Positions 28,701-43,035 of a stretch of DNA of 64,000 nucleotides are shown piece by piece; the first letter of the stretch is position 1; every line of letters starts with the position of its first letter. The notes under the pieces are model-generated. The model saw only the letters and a program-made list of their open reading frames with translations. It did no database searches and had not been told where the DNA came from. Source of the stretch: Octopus vulgaris (taxonomy: Eukaryota). The position numbers and the translations under genes are program-made. The stretch lies in the NCBI GenBank assembly GCA_951406725.2, contig OX597816.1, positions 25,296,001 to 25,360,000 on the forward strand, in the 5' to 3' direction.

Positions 28701-31700
28701 CGGCCACCACTTCAGCACCAGCCACAGGTTGACACCTTCCCTCTGCGGCTTGGGTAACACCTCTGCCAAGGCCGCCAGGCTTCCTACTAGCCGCCTACAA
28801 TAGGCACACCGTCCGAGGAAGTTCCTCAAATCCCTTACACAGGCAGGGTCCGGCCAATTCTTCACAGTGGCCACCTTCCTCAGGGCCCTATAACCCACGT
28901 AGCACCTCGCTGTGCCACCCTCATTCCGCGCAATTATCGCCGACGACCAGGGACCATTCCGCTTTTCCACTGTTCCCCGTCGCCGATATCTCCTCTTGCG
29001 CTGCTGTACTGTGACCTTCCTCCGGCCTCGCTGCTTCCTCAAGCGACGACCGCCTTGGCCGACGAAGCACTCCGCCAAGTTCGCGCGACCAACATCTGAC
29101 AACCTTCGCGACCAACGTCCTGCACTCCTCACCAACGGTTGCTTCTTCCGCAACTGCATCAGTGGACCACGATCACCTTTAACTGCATCACTGCACCGGC
29201 AGAACTGACCCCGCCGCTGGTTTACCGTCCGGCGCAGTTCCACGATTTGCCCTCTGCAAATCGCCTGCGCAGCCTTCAATAAATCGGCCGACCCAACCAG
29301 CGCTCTGTCAGCCTCTGCCTCCACCAGGGTCCAGCCGCCCCTCAATTGAGCTCTTGCTCCGCACTGCCTGTCGGGCTCCACCGGCCCCACGCAACCATCG
29401 AATACAGAGCTCACCCAAGTGCCAATCAAGCACCAGCGACTCCTTGCGGACCGCTTCCTCAACTGCATCAGTGGGCCACCAACTCCTTCAACTGCGTTGC
29501 CGTATCGGCAGGACTGGCCCCACCACTGGTTCGCCATCAGGCACGATTCCTCGATTTGCCTTCCACAAATCGCCTGTGCCACTTCCAAAAGATCGGCCGA
29601 CCCAGCCAGCGCTCCGCCAGCTTCTGCTTCCACTAGGGTCCACCCGACCCTCAATCGAGCTTTTACTATGCACTGCCTGTCGGGCTCCACCGGCCCCAAG
29701 CAGCCATCAACCACAAAGCTCACCCAACGCTGAAGCAGTCTTCCTGGTCTTGGTGGACCCACCACCGTTCGTAGCCGTCTCGCCTCGTCAACGGGCCTGG
29801 TCCTTTTCCTCTCCAGCCTCTGCACCGAAGGCCTCACAACACGGACGCTCGGCCGCCACTCCATCCACGCCTGTGGCCTCTCCACAGTGGGAACCATACA
29901 GTCATTCTGGGCCCCAAGAGACAGGGGCCCAGACACCAAAGGACCCGCACACTGCACAACACCTGCCGCGACCATCACACACAGAGCCGGAACCCCGGAT
30001 TCAGCGACATCCGCCCCAGACCTCGCCAGCTCTTCGTCCCGAGCTCCGAGAGACAGGGGTCGAGATGCCAAGGGCTCCAGACACGGAACAACAGCATCAG
30101 CCATAACACCTTCAACAGGCCTTTTGGTTACTTCAACCTCTACGGGTTCCAAATCACAAGATTTCTTGGGTACAGCGTCACAAATTTCGGCAACCAACCC
30201 AGGTTCCTCAACACTTCCTTCACTATCTGTTTCACTCGATGCTTCGTTCGACGGGCAATCTCTGCCCACAAGACCGTCGCTATCCCCTGTCCAACACCGA
30301 TCCTCCAAAGCTGACCCATCCGCAACCTCAAGCTCCCGCTGATCTGCCCACAGGCCCTGTCGCCTCTTGTCCATTCTTTCCATGAACGCGTCCGTCTGCG
30401 CCATCTGGCCCCTCAACATCTTCACAGTCAGGGCAAGCGAAATCTCCCCGTCTTCGGTCTGACAACCAGACAAATCCATAGCGAAAAAGCCGATCGAAAC
30501 GCAGCAATCAGGACAATCCCACTTCTGACACCAGTTGTTACGAGGGTGGGACCTCCGAAAACTGTACGGAATCCCTCAGACAGGCCCGATTCGATCAGCG
30601 AATATTCCCGCCACGGAAACTCGTCGGAGAGAGGAGAGGAGAGACACTGCAACAACAACCGCAGCAGCACAGAGAGATACAGAGGCACAGAGGCACAACC
30701 CGAGAGAGACACCAAAAGAGGCAAGGCAAAACGGCAACACTGGCTTACATTCAACAACTAGTTTATATGACAATCAATGGTTACAACATCAAAGCATTTA
30801 AGGCAAACAACAAATCAATACATCATACGGGTATACCACAGATCAAAGCATTTAACAACATGCATGTAACAATATAACAGTCCGGAGACAACAGTATTTC
30901 AAAGGTACACGTCCGAAGACACAGTTCTTTTCCCAAATCACATCAACAGATAACGTTCACAGTTCTTTATAATCTTTTTCTACACATATCAACACAATTC
31001 TGAACATAAATACCACAATCGACATATCGACAAGTCCTTGACTGTTCTTTTCACTGTTCATTTCTTTTCACTGTCTCTTTACATCGTGACACGCATCAAT
31101 ACACAATCACATACCTTAATTCCCAACTGAATCGCCAGTGTCCCATTCTGCACCTCATCTCTCCGTACCGCTAATTCCCCTGTACATATTCCCTTCTGTG
31201 CCGCCAAGTTCTCTCGCATGCCAACTTGCTCCTAAGATTCCACCGCTTGCTCCTAACTTCCAAGAATCCGACTGTGTTCTTCGAGGACCGACCACCGACT
31301 GCCCAAAACCTCACTTCGTCTCTCTCCTTCCCACTGCCCTCTACCGCCTATACCCTCTCTATTTGCTCTCTGATTCCCTACTCTATCTCTATCGCCCGCT
31401 GCATATCACCCTCTCATGACAGCTCTACCATACTCTCTGCCTGTCCTTCTCTGCCCCCTCATCCTCTCTCACTGCTAATTCTTCCTCACATCTGTCCCTT
31501 AGCTTTATACTCTATCTCTCTCACTACTTTTCTTCCTCTTCTTCAAGGGATGTCTAGAACGACCCCTAATCGACCGCACAAGGCCAGAAAGGTCCCATTA
31601 ATCTCCCATTAAACAAAGGACTGTCACTTTTTACTCCAGGCCTGCCGGCGCCATTATTCCAAAGTGTGTCACCAATACTGCACTAGCCAAAATCCATAAC

Positions 31701-34700
31701 AATACACTGGAAGCTATGCCAACACTATGGAATAACAACAGAAAGAAGATGGCATAGGCACACGCCGGAACAGGTCACAAAAAATGAGAATGCGATCATG
31801 AAGAAAAAAATGCTTTCTAATTGATGTATCAATATCAACAGATGACAATGTTTCTCGAAAGGTAATAGTGAAACTTTCAAAATGCAAAGACCTGGAAACA
31901 GAGGAAACTCGAATGTGGAACCTAGAAACAGAAACAATTGCTATCATAGTAGGCGCATTAGGGCAGGTACTAGATAATAATCATAAAAATTACTCAGACA
32001 AATACATAACAAAAACACCAGGACTAACAAATATATATAACATACAGAAAATAGCACTACTGGACACTGTATACATCCATGTAAAACACTTTCAATAGAG
32101 TAACCATAAGAGAATAACAGCAAACCACAGCACATACCCAAGGCACAAAGAGCTGCGCTCGATAGTGAAGTGAAAGGACGCTATAAAAATAAGACTACTG
32201 TATAATAATAATAGAAACGTGTCACGTGATGAGGATGATAATGGGTATGGTAATAGGTATGAGGGAGATGATGGTGGTGGGGGTAACGACGACGATGATG
32301 ATGATAGACGAATACTTAAAATATAGATTTCACATATGTTGTTATTTTCGAAGCATTATTCAGGCGCTTATAATATAATGTTTACAAGTTTATATAATGA
32401 ATATTTTCAGCTTTGAAACCATGTATATGTGAAGTGTCTGGTGACCCTCACTATAGAACTTTCGATGGACAAATGATACATTTCATGGGCACATGCAAAT
32501 ATACACTGGCTACTATTAAGAACGGATCGAATAATACCTACTTTTCTGTTGAAGTAAAGAACGAACACCGAGGGAATAACCGTGTATCTTACACACGTTT
32601 AGTGGATGTCAAACTCACTGGTTTCACAATTCGTCTGTTGCCAGCTAACAAAATCTTGGTACGTACATTTTTTTCTCTCTTCACTCTATACTTGTGTAAA
32701 TGTGTAATAACCATCCATAATATTATTTTGCATGCCAAGTTGTATTTTCGAATGCCACAATTTTAACCATTGAAACAAAGAAACGAAACGAAGATATAAT
32801 GTAAGGAAAAAAATTTAAATCGTAGACTTTGAAAAAAATTGAAAATGAAACTAAATCGAAGACGTAATCGTAATATTTAACGTATCGAATCAATAACATA
32901 ATACTGAATATATTCACGTGTTAAAATAGATATAAAATCATTCATGAAATGTGATATTAATCACGATTAATACAATATGATTAAGGACGGATTATAACGT
33001 TTGTCAAACAAATGAACGTAAGAGACCCTCCTTTACTCGGCGAGATGCTAACAAACTGCCTTTCAGCGGGTGGGATATAAACTCGTCAGTAGCTGAAAAA
33101 AGGGCCTCTTATTTTCAATTGTCATCACTTCCAAAAGACAGTGTGAGTAATTCATAGACATTTGAGTGTTTTACTTTAAAGTTCTCAAAGCCCTTCAAGT
33201 GTGATACAGGAAGGGATCTATCAACATCTATTACATAACATCATAAACGACGGGTGTAAACATTAGCGATAGGGAGTTTTGGCTTTCAGAAGATGCTGAC
33301 ACGAAGGCGTGTCAATTGCATTATAATTCCCATCCCCTTAAGTATATTCAAAGGTGACCAAATTATAAAGAGAGCCAAACGTGTTGTAGTAGTGACACTT
33401 TCCACCTTTGTCGCTCCAAAGATTTGGCACCAATCTCAAATCATTCCAATACCCAAAAAAGGCGATTTGTCCCTCGTCACCAACTACAGGGGCGTATCTC
33501 TAATGTCAATTGCTGCAAAACTGTACAACAAACTGATCCTAAATCGTCTTGTCCTTTTTGTTGAACCTTTGCTCCGAAAGAACCAAAATGGATTCAGACA
33601 TGGGCGCTCAACGCTGAACCAGATACTATGCCTGCGCAGACTTATTGAAGAATCAAAAGCATTTAATCGCGATCTTGCAATGGTATTTGTAAACTTTTCT
33701 AAAGCGTTCGATTCTGTAGAAAGGTACGAGATGTTTGAAATCCTTAAGCTCTATGGGATACCAGACAAAATTATTTCTGCCATCAAGGTCCTCTACACAG
33801 ATACGTCTTCAACCATCTTAACCCCTGATGGAGAAACATCATCTTTCTCAATCAAAGCCGGAATACTACAGGGAGACACACTCGCCCCATTTCTTTTCAT
33901 CATTGTTGTTGATTATGTGCTACGTATGTCAGTTGATAACATCTCTGGCAAGGGCTTTGAAATAAAACTAAGAAGAAGTTCCAGACACCCAGGTGAGTAC
34001 TTGACAGACACTGACTTTGCTGACGACATCGCTCTTATCAGTGATTCTCTCTCCAATGCCCAGTCTCTTTTACAATCTCTTGAACAAGCCTCAAATTATG
34101 TAGGTCTTTACCTCAATGAGGCCAAAACTGAATACATAAACAAGTGCCTGTCCAACAGTGATTGCATCATCCACACTCTCAACAGTGCGCCTTTAAATAT
34201 GGTTTCTGATTATAAATATCTTGGGTCATACATATCATCATCTGGAAAAGACTTTCTAACTAGAAAGGGTATGGCCTGGTCAGCCTGTAATGACATGCAT
34301 AAGATCTGGTCATCAAATCTAAGTAGAGACTTCAAACTTGAAATCTTCAAAGCCACAGTCGAACCAATTCTACTATATGGCTCAGAAACCTGGACGTTAT
34401 CAAAGAAGCTTGAGATGCGGTTGGATGGAACCTACACTCGCCTCCTTATGAGAGCTCAAAATCTCTCGTGGAAGCGCCATCCAACCAAAATGCAAATATA
34501 TGGGAAATTACCACCTGTGTCATCTCTTGTGAAAGGTAGGAGAGTCCAGTTTGCTGGACATTGTTGTAGAGCTGAAAAAGAAGTAATTTCTACTCTTCTC
34601 CTCTGGAAGCCATCTACTCGCAATACGAGAGGGCGCACACTCTCCTACCCTGATGTAATCTCCAGGGATACAGGCATCCAGCAACAGGACCTCCGTAATG

Positions 34701-37700
34701 CTATGATGGACCGTGAAGTCTGGCGTAACATAGTAAATTCCATTGTCTCGACCACGGTCGAACAATGATGATGATGATATATATATATATATATATATAC
34801 TGGTGAGAATTGTTTATGTCGACGTTCAGCTTAAAGGTTCAGCAAAGACAGCCAATAGGGCAGGTACAAGATAAAAAATAATACTTGATTTGCATACCTG
34901 TCCTATTTTCTTGAATTTAATTTTCAGATAAACTCAGAAGAGAAATCGTTACCTGTAAATTATGAAGAGTTTTCAGCCACGTACTCTGTCGGGTGGATTA
35001 CAGTTACCACTATATGGGGTTTGAAGGTGATGTTTGATGGTAGACACAGAGTCACTGTTACATTACAACCAATATTTGCCGATCAACTGACTGGAATCTG
35101 TGGAGATTGTAACGGACAAAAAGATGACTTCCGTACAAAATCTGGTGAAGATGTTTCTCAGAAAGCAAATAAATTTTCTTTAATTGGTGCCAGTTACCAA
35201 GTTGAAGATGACAGTGATAAACCCGAAACAAAGTAATGATTATTTTCTTTCTCAAAATCCAAAATCAAGAATAAATATTATGTAAACTGTTGATAGTATG
35301 TTAAATGCCACAAGAAATATGTAACAGTATTATGTTTAAACATCAAGATTTAGCAGTTTTCACGTTAACCTGTGAGTTCGCAGAATATTTAGAGGGTGGT
35401 AAAATGATTAGCGGCGTTCCCTTGGGTTCCTTACGTTCTGATTTCGGGGTCGATAAAATTAGCAGGTCGATATTATCGATTAGCCCCATACCGATAAACT
35501 GCTGGTATTGTGCTGAAATTTTGAAGTATGGTTATTTAAGGCGGTGAACCATAAATAGAAATAGTTTCCGTTACGGCACACATCAAAATGTTTAGTATTA
35601 TTTCTGTCGGCTTTTTGCGCTCTGCGTTGAAACGTTGACGAAGACATCTTTGCTTTTCATCCGTGCAGATTCGATAAAGGAAGTAGAAATCGAGCTGGAA
35701 CCGACTTACTCCATCCTCTCAAACCTCAGATTTTGTGTCTGTCGTAGAAAGAATGATTTATGCTTTAACTTTGAAAGTTTTCAGTCAAAGCGGAGGAAAT
35801 GTGTTACGGAATTTCGGCCGATGTCGTCTGTGCCTTTCGTCCTTTCAGGGTTGATACATTAAGTACCAGTTGCATAATGGAGTCGATCTAATCGATTGGC
35901 CCTTGTCCAAAAATTTCGGGCCTTGTGCCTAGAGTAGAGAAAGAAATGGATTGTTCTGATCGAGCTGACCTACGATCAAAGAATGCAGGCATGTGTGATT
36001 TACATATGGTTTGTTTATCTGTTTGTGTTTTTATATATAAGGCAAGAAATGAGTTAACAATCTTAGATGATTTGGTAGGATTTTAGATGTAGGGAATATT
36101 TGACTTCTAGAATTTTGTTGTACATCAGACCTTAATTAAAGTAGAGAGATGTGAATCATAATTGATTAACTTACCAGTAAGGTTTTACTCAGAAAATACG
36201 CATGGTTTATAGTTAGCAAATGAGAAATCATACATCATAACAATTATTCTTAACTTCATCATTTCGCTTTCTATTTTCATTTTCAGATGCAAAGTGAATG
36301 ATGTTAATTCGACTTGTTCAAAGGAAGAGACAAAAGAATGTGATTTAATGAAGGACAAAATCTTTGAAGCCTGCATTGAAAAGATCGGAGCTTCGCATCT
36401 AGAAGAATACTTGGAGTCTTGTAGAGTCGATGTCTGTAGTTATCACAATGATCCTACGAACCACCACTCTGTTTTCTGTCGAATCATTGAAGGTTTTGCT
36501 ACAGAATGCGAAAGTGTGGGAATTTTCGTTAATTGGAGAGAAATATCACAATGCCGTAAGATTTACTGATTCTTTACATTCCTCTAAGAACATGATAAAT
36601 GGCGCATTACATCTTGATGTGTCCGAGATGAAATTTTGTCGAATTATGTTTTAGTTCTTTTATAGATTATGAAATAATAGTTGCTAAATCCTTCGAATAT
36701 ATTGTTCGACTGTAGGAATCGAGTTTGGACTTTTAGATAACACTAATTCATAAACTCAAGAAAAAAAACTTTCGATGTCTGATTAGTGAGTATCCGGACT
36801 GTTGCTATAGTACCGAAGCAAAAGCAAATATCTGGACCACTCGTACATTTGTGTGCGGTCCGTACACTTTCCGCAACTTTCCGTCGACCTCTGACCTGGT
36901 ATCACTATGACAACTTTCTCTGGCATGGTCAATGCGACAATCATATGTTACATGCGTCCATTCCGAGAACTGCTGTAAACAGCAGAAGTGAGGTAGAACT
37001 TTAAAACTTCATGCGCATGCACAACCGAGTCGAAGGTGAATTCTTGCCAAACGGCTTCAATCTACGTGGTTTAGATTCGTTACAATCGGAGCAGTCCGGA
37101 TACTTATTGATCAGATCTAGTATTTCTTCATGTATAGAACGAAGCATAGAATTCTGAAATGCCTCCAAGTATTTAAGTTGATTATTACTTTCGAATTAGA
37201 TAAATCCCTGTTTCTTGTCTTATACATAAATTTTCAGACAAATATTTGATATTTTGATTGATTCTCAAAACATTGCACTGAAGGTTTACATATTATCGAC
37301 ATAGTTATTGTGTTCCTCGTAAATATTTTGCTATTTATAAGAAAATACCTGTTTGTTATGATTCTCCATTGTATTTTCTTCCAGCAACGAAATGCAAAGA
37401 AAATGAAGAGTTCCAATACAAGACTAGCAGCTGCCAACCTTCGTGCGCTAATAGATCACCGAATTGCACAGGTTCCAGTCAAGGTTGTGTTTGTAGACAA
37501 GGCTTTATTCTGAGTGGTGAACAGTGTGTACCTGAAACAGAATGCGGCTGTATCGACAACAATATATATATGAAGGTAAAATACCGTATGAAAATTTGTA
37601 TACATAAACATACACGCACGCGGTCACACACACAGACACACACATACACAGATAGAAACATATTGGGCTGTATAATAAATACCATTATGCATAAAAGATA

Positions 37701-38561
37701 TAGATAGGTTATTGTTTATTGAATTGATTACTGGACATTTTTGTTGGTGTTTACTTCCGAACCGATCATCTGGTCACGACGTATACTTCCCTTATATAAA
37801 AGCTCTCTGTGTTCTACTAACAGAAATTAAACTAGGAATATCAGTGATAGCGTATTCTAATGTATTACCATCCGTGATAAAATAAGGCTTTGAGCTTCAG
37901 TCTTAGAAACACCATCATTATTCTACTGGAATATTTTAAAGTTTCATCAAATGTTCAGTCCATAAATATACACTGGTATAATAAGGTTCTAATTTATTGA
38001 ATTTTACCTACAGGTTAATGAGGAAATTATATCAGCAGATTGTAAAACAAAGAAAATATGTAAACCTGGTAACGAAATCGTAACAGAAGATATCACTCCT
38101 TGTGGTGAAAACAGCCACTGCAGAATTGAAAGAGGGAAATATGCCTGTGTTTGTAACGAAAATTTCATTCTTCATAAGGGAAAGTGTGTTCACACTGGTG
38201 AGTAAAGGTTTTGTAATTATTATTAATGCATTTTCATTGAACTGGTAATTTTAGACAAATAATTTGTTTTCAAGTATAATTGTAATACAGGATTGTATTA
38301 CCCCTAATTTTTATGGTTATAGAACCTAGCTGTTCTTTCTAGCGTGTAGGATTTCTATAAGTGGATTCCTTATATGCTTAAATATACGCTATATCGTATG
38401 ACTAATATATAGACTTTTTGACTAAATTTTTTACACGTTAGACCACTGGAAATGTAAATTTTATTTAATTTCCATTTCCCTTTGACATGATGAAATATAT
38501 ATATATATATATATATGTATATACATAATTACGCGCACACACAAACGCACACACACACACA

Positions 38562-38592
<31 letters not shown>

Positions 38593-40564
38593 CGTACATA
38601 CACTTACACAACCACCTACGCATATTCATACGTACAGAGACACATGTATATACACTTGTGTCGGAAATTAATTAGTACTTCTCAAATTTCTACATTTTCT
38701 TACATTTTCTTAATTTAATTAACTTATTATCAGAAACGAACTCGTTTATAATCAAAAATTTATTAAAACATATCCCCGCACACCACATAATTTTTATTAA
38801 TCGTGAAATTAAGTCAATATCTTGTTGCTCCTCTTTTGGCAGCAATGACAGCGGCTACGCGGGTCGGCATGCTGTCTATGAGTGCCTGCAGGTACTGTGC
38901 AGGGATGGCCCTCCATGCAGCAAGAAGTGCCCCAAACACCTTGTGTCGGTTCAGGTCAGGTGACTGGCCAGGCCAGTCCATGACCGTCACCCCATGGTCT
39001 TTGAAGAAACCGGTTGTGAGCTTGGCTGTGTGGGAAGGCACGTTGTCCTGCTGGAGCACGTACTCCTCGCCACCAAAGAGGTATCCCGTACTATCTCAAC
39101 GTACTTTGCTGCGTTGATGTTGCCTTCGACGGCATAGAGCCGCCCAACACCACTGTAGCTGAACGCCCCTAACACCATCAGACCACCCCCACCATGCTTC
39201 ATTGTGAGAGCAATGCAGTCTTTGTTGAAGCGCTCACCCCTGCGGCGTCGCACATGGACAGGCTTGTCACTGACGAGACTGAATCGCGACTCGTCAGTGA
39301 CAAGCCTGTCCACCACTGCTGCACGGTCCATGTCTTGTGGGCACGGGCCCAGAGCAGCCGCCTCTTCCAGTTTTGGGCTGTAAGGAACGGCTTATGGGCG
39401 GCCCTACAGGATTTTAGACCAGCTTCTAGTAATCTGGTCTTGACGGTGGTTGTGGACAACTGCTTCCCTGTCATCTTTTGCATCTCCTCCGCCAGTTTCC
39501 GGCTCGTTGCCCTTCGGTTGTACAGCGACTTTCGGATCAGCATCCGGTCCTCCCGCTGGGTCGTCAGCCTCTTCCGTCCCCTACCCTTTTTGTCAGCTGC
39601 TGATCCGGTTTCCTCGTATTTCTTAAATAAGCACTGAATTGTGCGCCTGGCTACACCAAGTTTTCTGGCTATTGCAGCCTCCGACAGCTTCCCACGCCAC
39701 GAGAGAGCCTCGTACCGTCTCTCCAAGGTCATGCGAGGTCTTGGGCCATCTAGGAATGAACGATAAAAACCAGTTATTTTCATTAAAACTATTCATTTGA
39801 ATAATGTTATGCTATAACAAAACTGCTATGAGTTATTATTCATTAAACAAAAAAGAAAGAAAGCAGAATTTCTCACCTTATTTGATGTATAACAGAAAGT
39901 TTTGTGAACCAGAAGTGACGTCATCAAGCAGAGTGTAGGAGAATTTGTGAGGAAAAAAATCTTGCAAATACACAAATCAATTAACCTACGAGCTGTTCAA
40001 AACGTCTTACGCGATGAGAAAACTTAGTACGGTGTGATTTCGGTTATTGCGAGGCGCTACCTATATCTATTAAACAAAGGAAGATTTGTCTGCATCCGCA
40101 CTCCAAGTTGTTGTTGCACTGCTATGTCAACATCATTAGGCTGTAGACTCTCAAACTGCTCTGCAAACAAAGTTACGTCATCGTTCTGCGCAACAGTGAA
40201 CTCACAACAAAGCAATAGTTCGAGATATGGCCACTAGGTGACAGCAAATACCTTGAGTGAAGAGAAAATCAAGGGTGCTAATTAATTTCTGACCGTATTA
40301 GTGTATTCTCTAATGTGTTTCGTTTCCGAAATTATTTATACATTGACGTCACGTTTGTGCATCACCTTAGTAACATCCCCCGTATTATGGGAGCCTGCAA
40401 ATGTCCTGCGTCGTGGAAGTTATAGTCTCCGAATTTTAAACGCACCGAAATTGCGCGTGCAGTCTTGTCTGCATTGTTGAGGAAAAGATTTCCCTGTGTC
40501 TTTGTTGCCTGTTCCTATGTCTTTAATCGTTTTCATTTTCCGTTTTGAAGTTTTGCACACACAC

Positions 40565-40605
<41 letters not shown>

Positions 40606-40838
40606 CACATGCATACATACCTACATACCCACATAATTACATACATACATACATATATACATACATTCATACATACATACATACATACGTACGCACATAC
40701 ATACATACATACATACATACGTACGTAAATACATACATACATAAGTAAAAAGTTTTTCTTAGGCACGTGACTTAGTCTTCTGTTCCTTTTCTTTAATCGG
40801 TTCCATTTTGAAGTTTTATATTTATACACACACGTAGA

Positions 40839-40872
<34 letters not shown>

Positions 40873-42992
40873 CATACATGCATACATGCATACATGCATC
40901 CATGCATACATGCATACATGCATCCATGCATACATGCTTACATACATACATACTTACATACATACATACACACATACATACATACATACATAAAACATGC
41001 ATACATACATACATACAAAATGCATACATAGATATTTATGTCCATATATACAAATACACACTTATATAGACATTCACTCAAATACACACAAGCTCAAATT
41101 CTAGCGCACACATACGCAAATATAAAATTTTATTTCAATATCAACAGATGCTTGTCATGGCGGACCTTGCAGAAATGGTGCCACATGTCTGAAAGTTGGC
41201 AGAGATTTCCAATGTATCTGCGCTCCAGGTTTCCGTGGTAAAACCTGTTCCGAAAGTATGTGTACTCTTCTCTTTACAATCTCGTTTCTAAATGTCTTAT
41301 TGTAACTAAGATAAACATGTTTTCAGGACAGTAGGAATAGAATGAAAAAGGATAGAAACATTGTGTTTCGTAAAACTATTAAAGAAATAGTGCAATAAAA
41401 GAGAAACATGAACCGGCGTAGTTACCAACTTTATCACTAGATAAGTTGACTAAGGAAAATGAATTACAATATGTCTTATGATTTCTGAAATATCGAAATA
41501 TATGAGTACTAAATTGTTTATTAAGAAGGCGAGAATTCAAGTATGCATTCGCTGATAAGAGCGTGAGTCATAATATGATGTGAATAACTATTACATTATT
41601 ACGTATATATATATATACAAAACTTAGAGGACTGGCCACTAAAAGCGGACAGCTTATATGCTAGATATAGACAGCAAAATCGCAATTTTTACGGCTATAG
41701 CCCTGGGAAAAGTGAATAAAAATCTTGCGATGTACATGGAGCAAATAACGACCGCAATAAATGAGGAGCACTTGCAGAAAACAGCATTGCTTGGAACTGC
41801 TCGAATACTCCGGATGTCGCTGGAAAAGTAAGAAAGTGAGGTGGATGGTAATGGGTATGAGGTAGATGATGGTGGTGGGTGTAACGACGACGATGATGAT
41901 GATAGACGAATATTCTAAATATACATTTCATATATGTTGTTGTTTTCGAAGCGTTATTCAGGCGCTTGTAATATAATGTTTACAAGTTTACATAATGAAT
42001 ATTTTCAGCTTCGAAACCATGTATATGTAAAGTGTCTGGTGACCCTCACTATGGAACGTTCGATGGACAAATGATACATTTCATGGGCACATGCAAATAT
42101 ACACTGGCTACTACTAAGAACGGATCGAATAATACCTACTTTTCTGTTGAAGTAAAGAACGAACACCGAGGGAATAACCGTGTATCTTACACACGTTTAG
42201 TGGATGTCAAACTCACTGGTTTCACAATTCGTCTGTTGCCAGCTAACAAAATCTTGGTACGTATATTTTGTCTCTCTTCACTCTATACTTGTGTAAATGT
42301 GTAATAACCACCCATAATATTATTTTGCAGGTTGAGTTGTATTTTCGAATGTCACGCATTCATGATTAAAAAATCACTGTTACCAAGAAATCAATCGAAG
42401 ATATAATGCTATGAAACAAATTTAAATTGTAGATTTTGAATAAAAATTGAATATGGAAGTAAATCAAAGACGTAATCGTAGTATTTAACATTTGAAATCA
42501 ATAACGTAATACTGAATATATTTACGTATTAAAATAAGTATAAAATCATTAATAAACTGTAGAATTAATCACTGTTAGTAAAATATGATTAATGACGGAT
42601 TTTAGCGTTTGTCAAACAAATGAACATAAGAGACCCTCTTCAATCGGTGAGATGCTAACAAACTGTTTTTCAGCGGGTCGGATGTAAACTCGTCAGTAGC
42701 TGAAAAAAAAGGGCTTCTTATTTCCAATTGTTATCACTCCCACAAGAGTAATTCATAGACATTTGAGTGTTTTACTTTAAAGTTCTCAAAGCCCTTCAAG
42801 TGTGATACATGAAAGGATCTATCAACATCTATTACGTAACATCATAAACGAAGGGTGTAAACATTAGCGATAGGCATTTTTGTCTTTCAGAAGATGTTGA
42901 CACGAAGGCGTGTCAATTGTATTATAATTCCTATCCCCTTAAGTATATTCAAAGGTGACCAAATTATAAAGAGAGCCAAATGTGTTGTAGCA

Positions 42993-43035
<43 letters not shown>

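Larger units (their letters stand above)
27438..31701 (-). mobile_element. Non-autonomous Gypsy-type LTR retrotransposon; LTRs 27438-28567 and 30536-31701; TSD ATAC
   Basis: TGTTA...TAACA termini; ATAC at 27434-27437 and 31702-31705; PBS at 30516-30533; purine-rich PPT (minus strand) at 28568-28579; LTRs nearly identical apart from two indels. Confidence 0.93.
26551..32213 (+). mobile_element. 5'-truncated, decayed R4/Dong-like non-LTR retrotransposon (RT, CCHC, restriction-like endonuclease), split by the LTR element
   Basis: [38 protein letters not shown]|HWKLCQHYG continuing across the LTR insertion, IIVGALG, IQKIALL, and an (AAT)n tail. Confidence 0.8.

Noticed and set aside
27423-31612. 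Duplicated plus-strand ORFs within the LTRs and antisense ORFs over 28912-30342
   Set aside because: LTR-internal or shadow frames of GC-rich sequence with no motifs
33293-33395. ATG and N-terminus MLTRRRVNC... apparently fused to the RTE RT ORF
   Set aside because: The same intronic sequence is at 42894 without the LINE; a chance in-frame read-in with no promoter evidence
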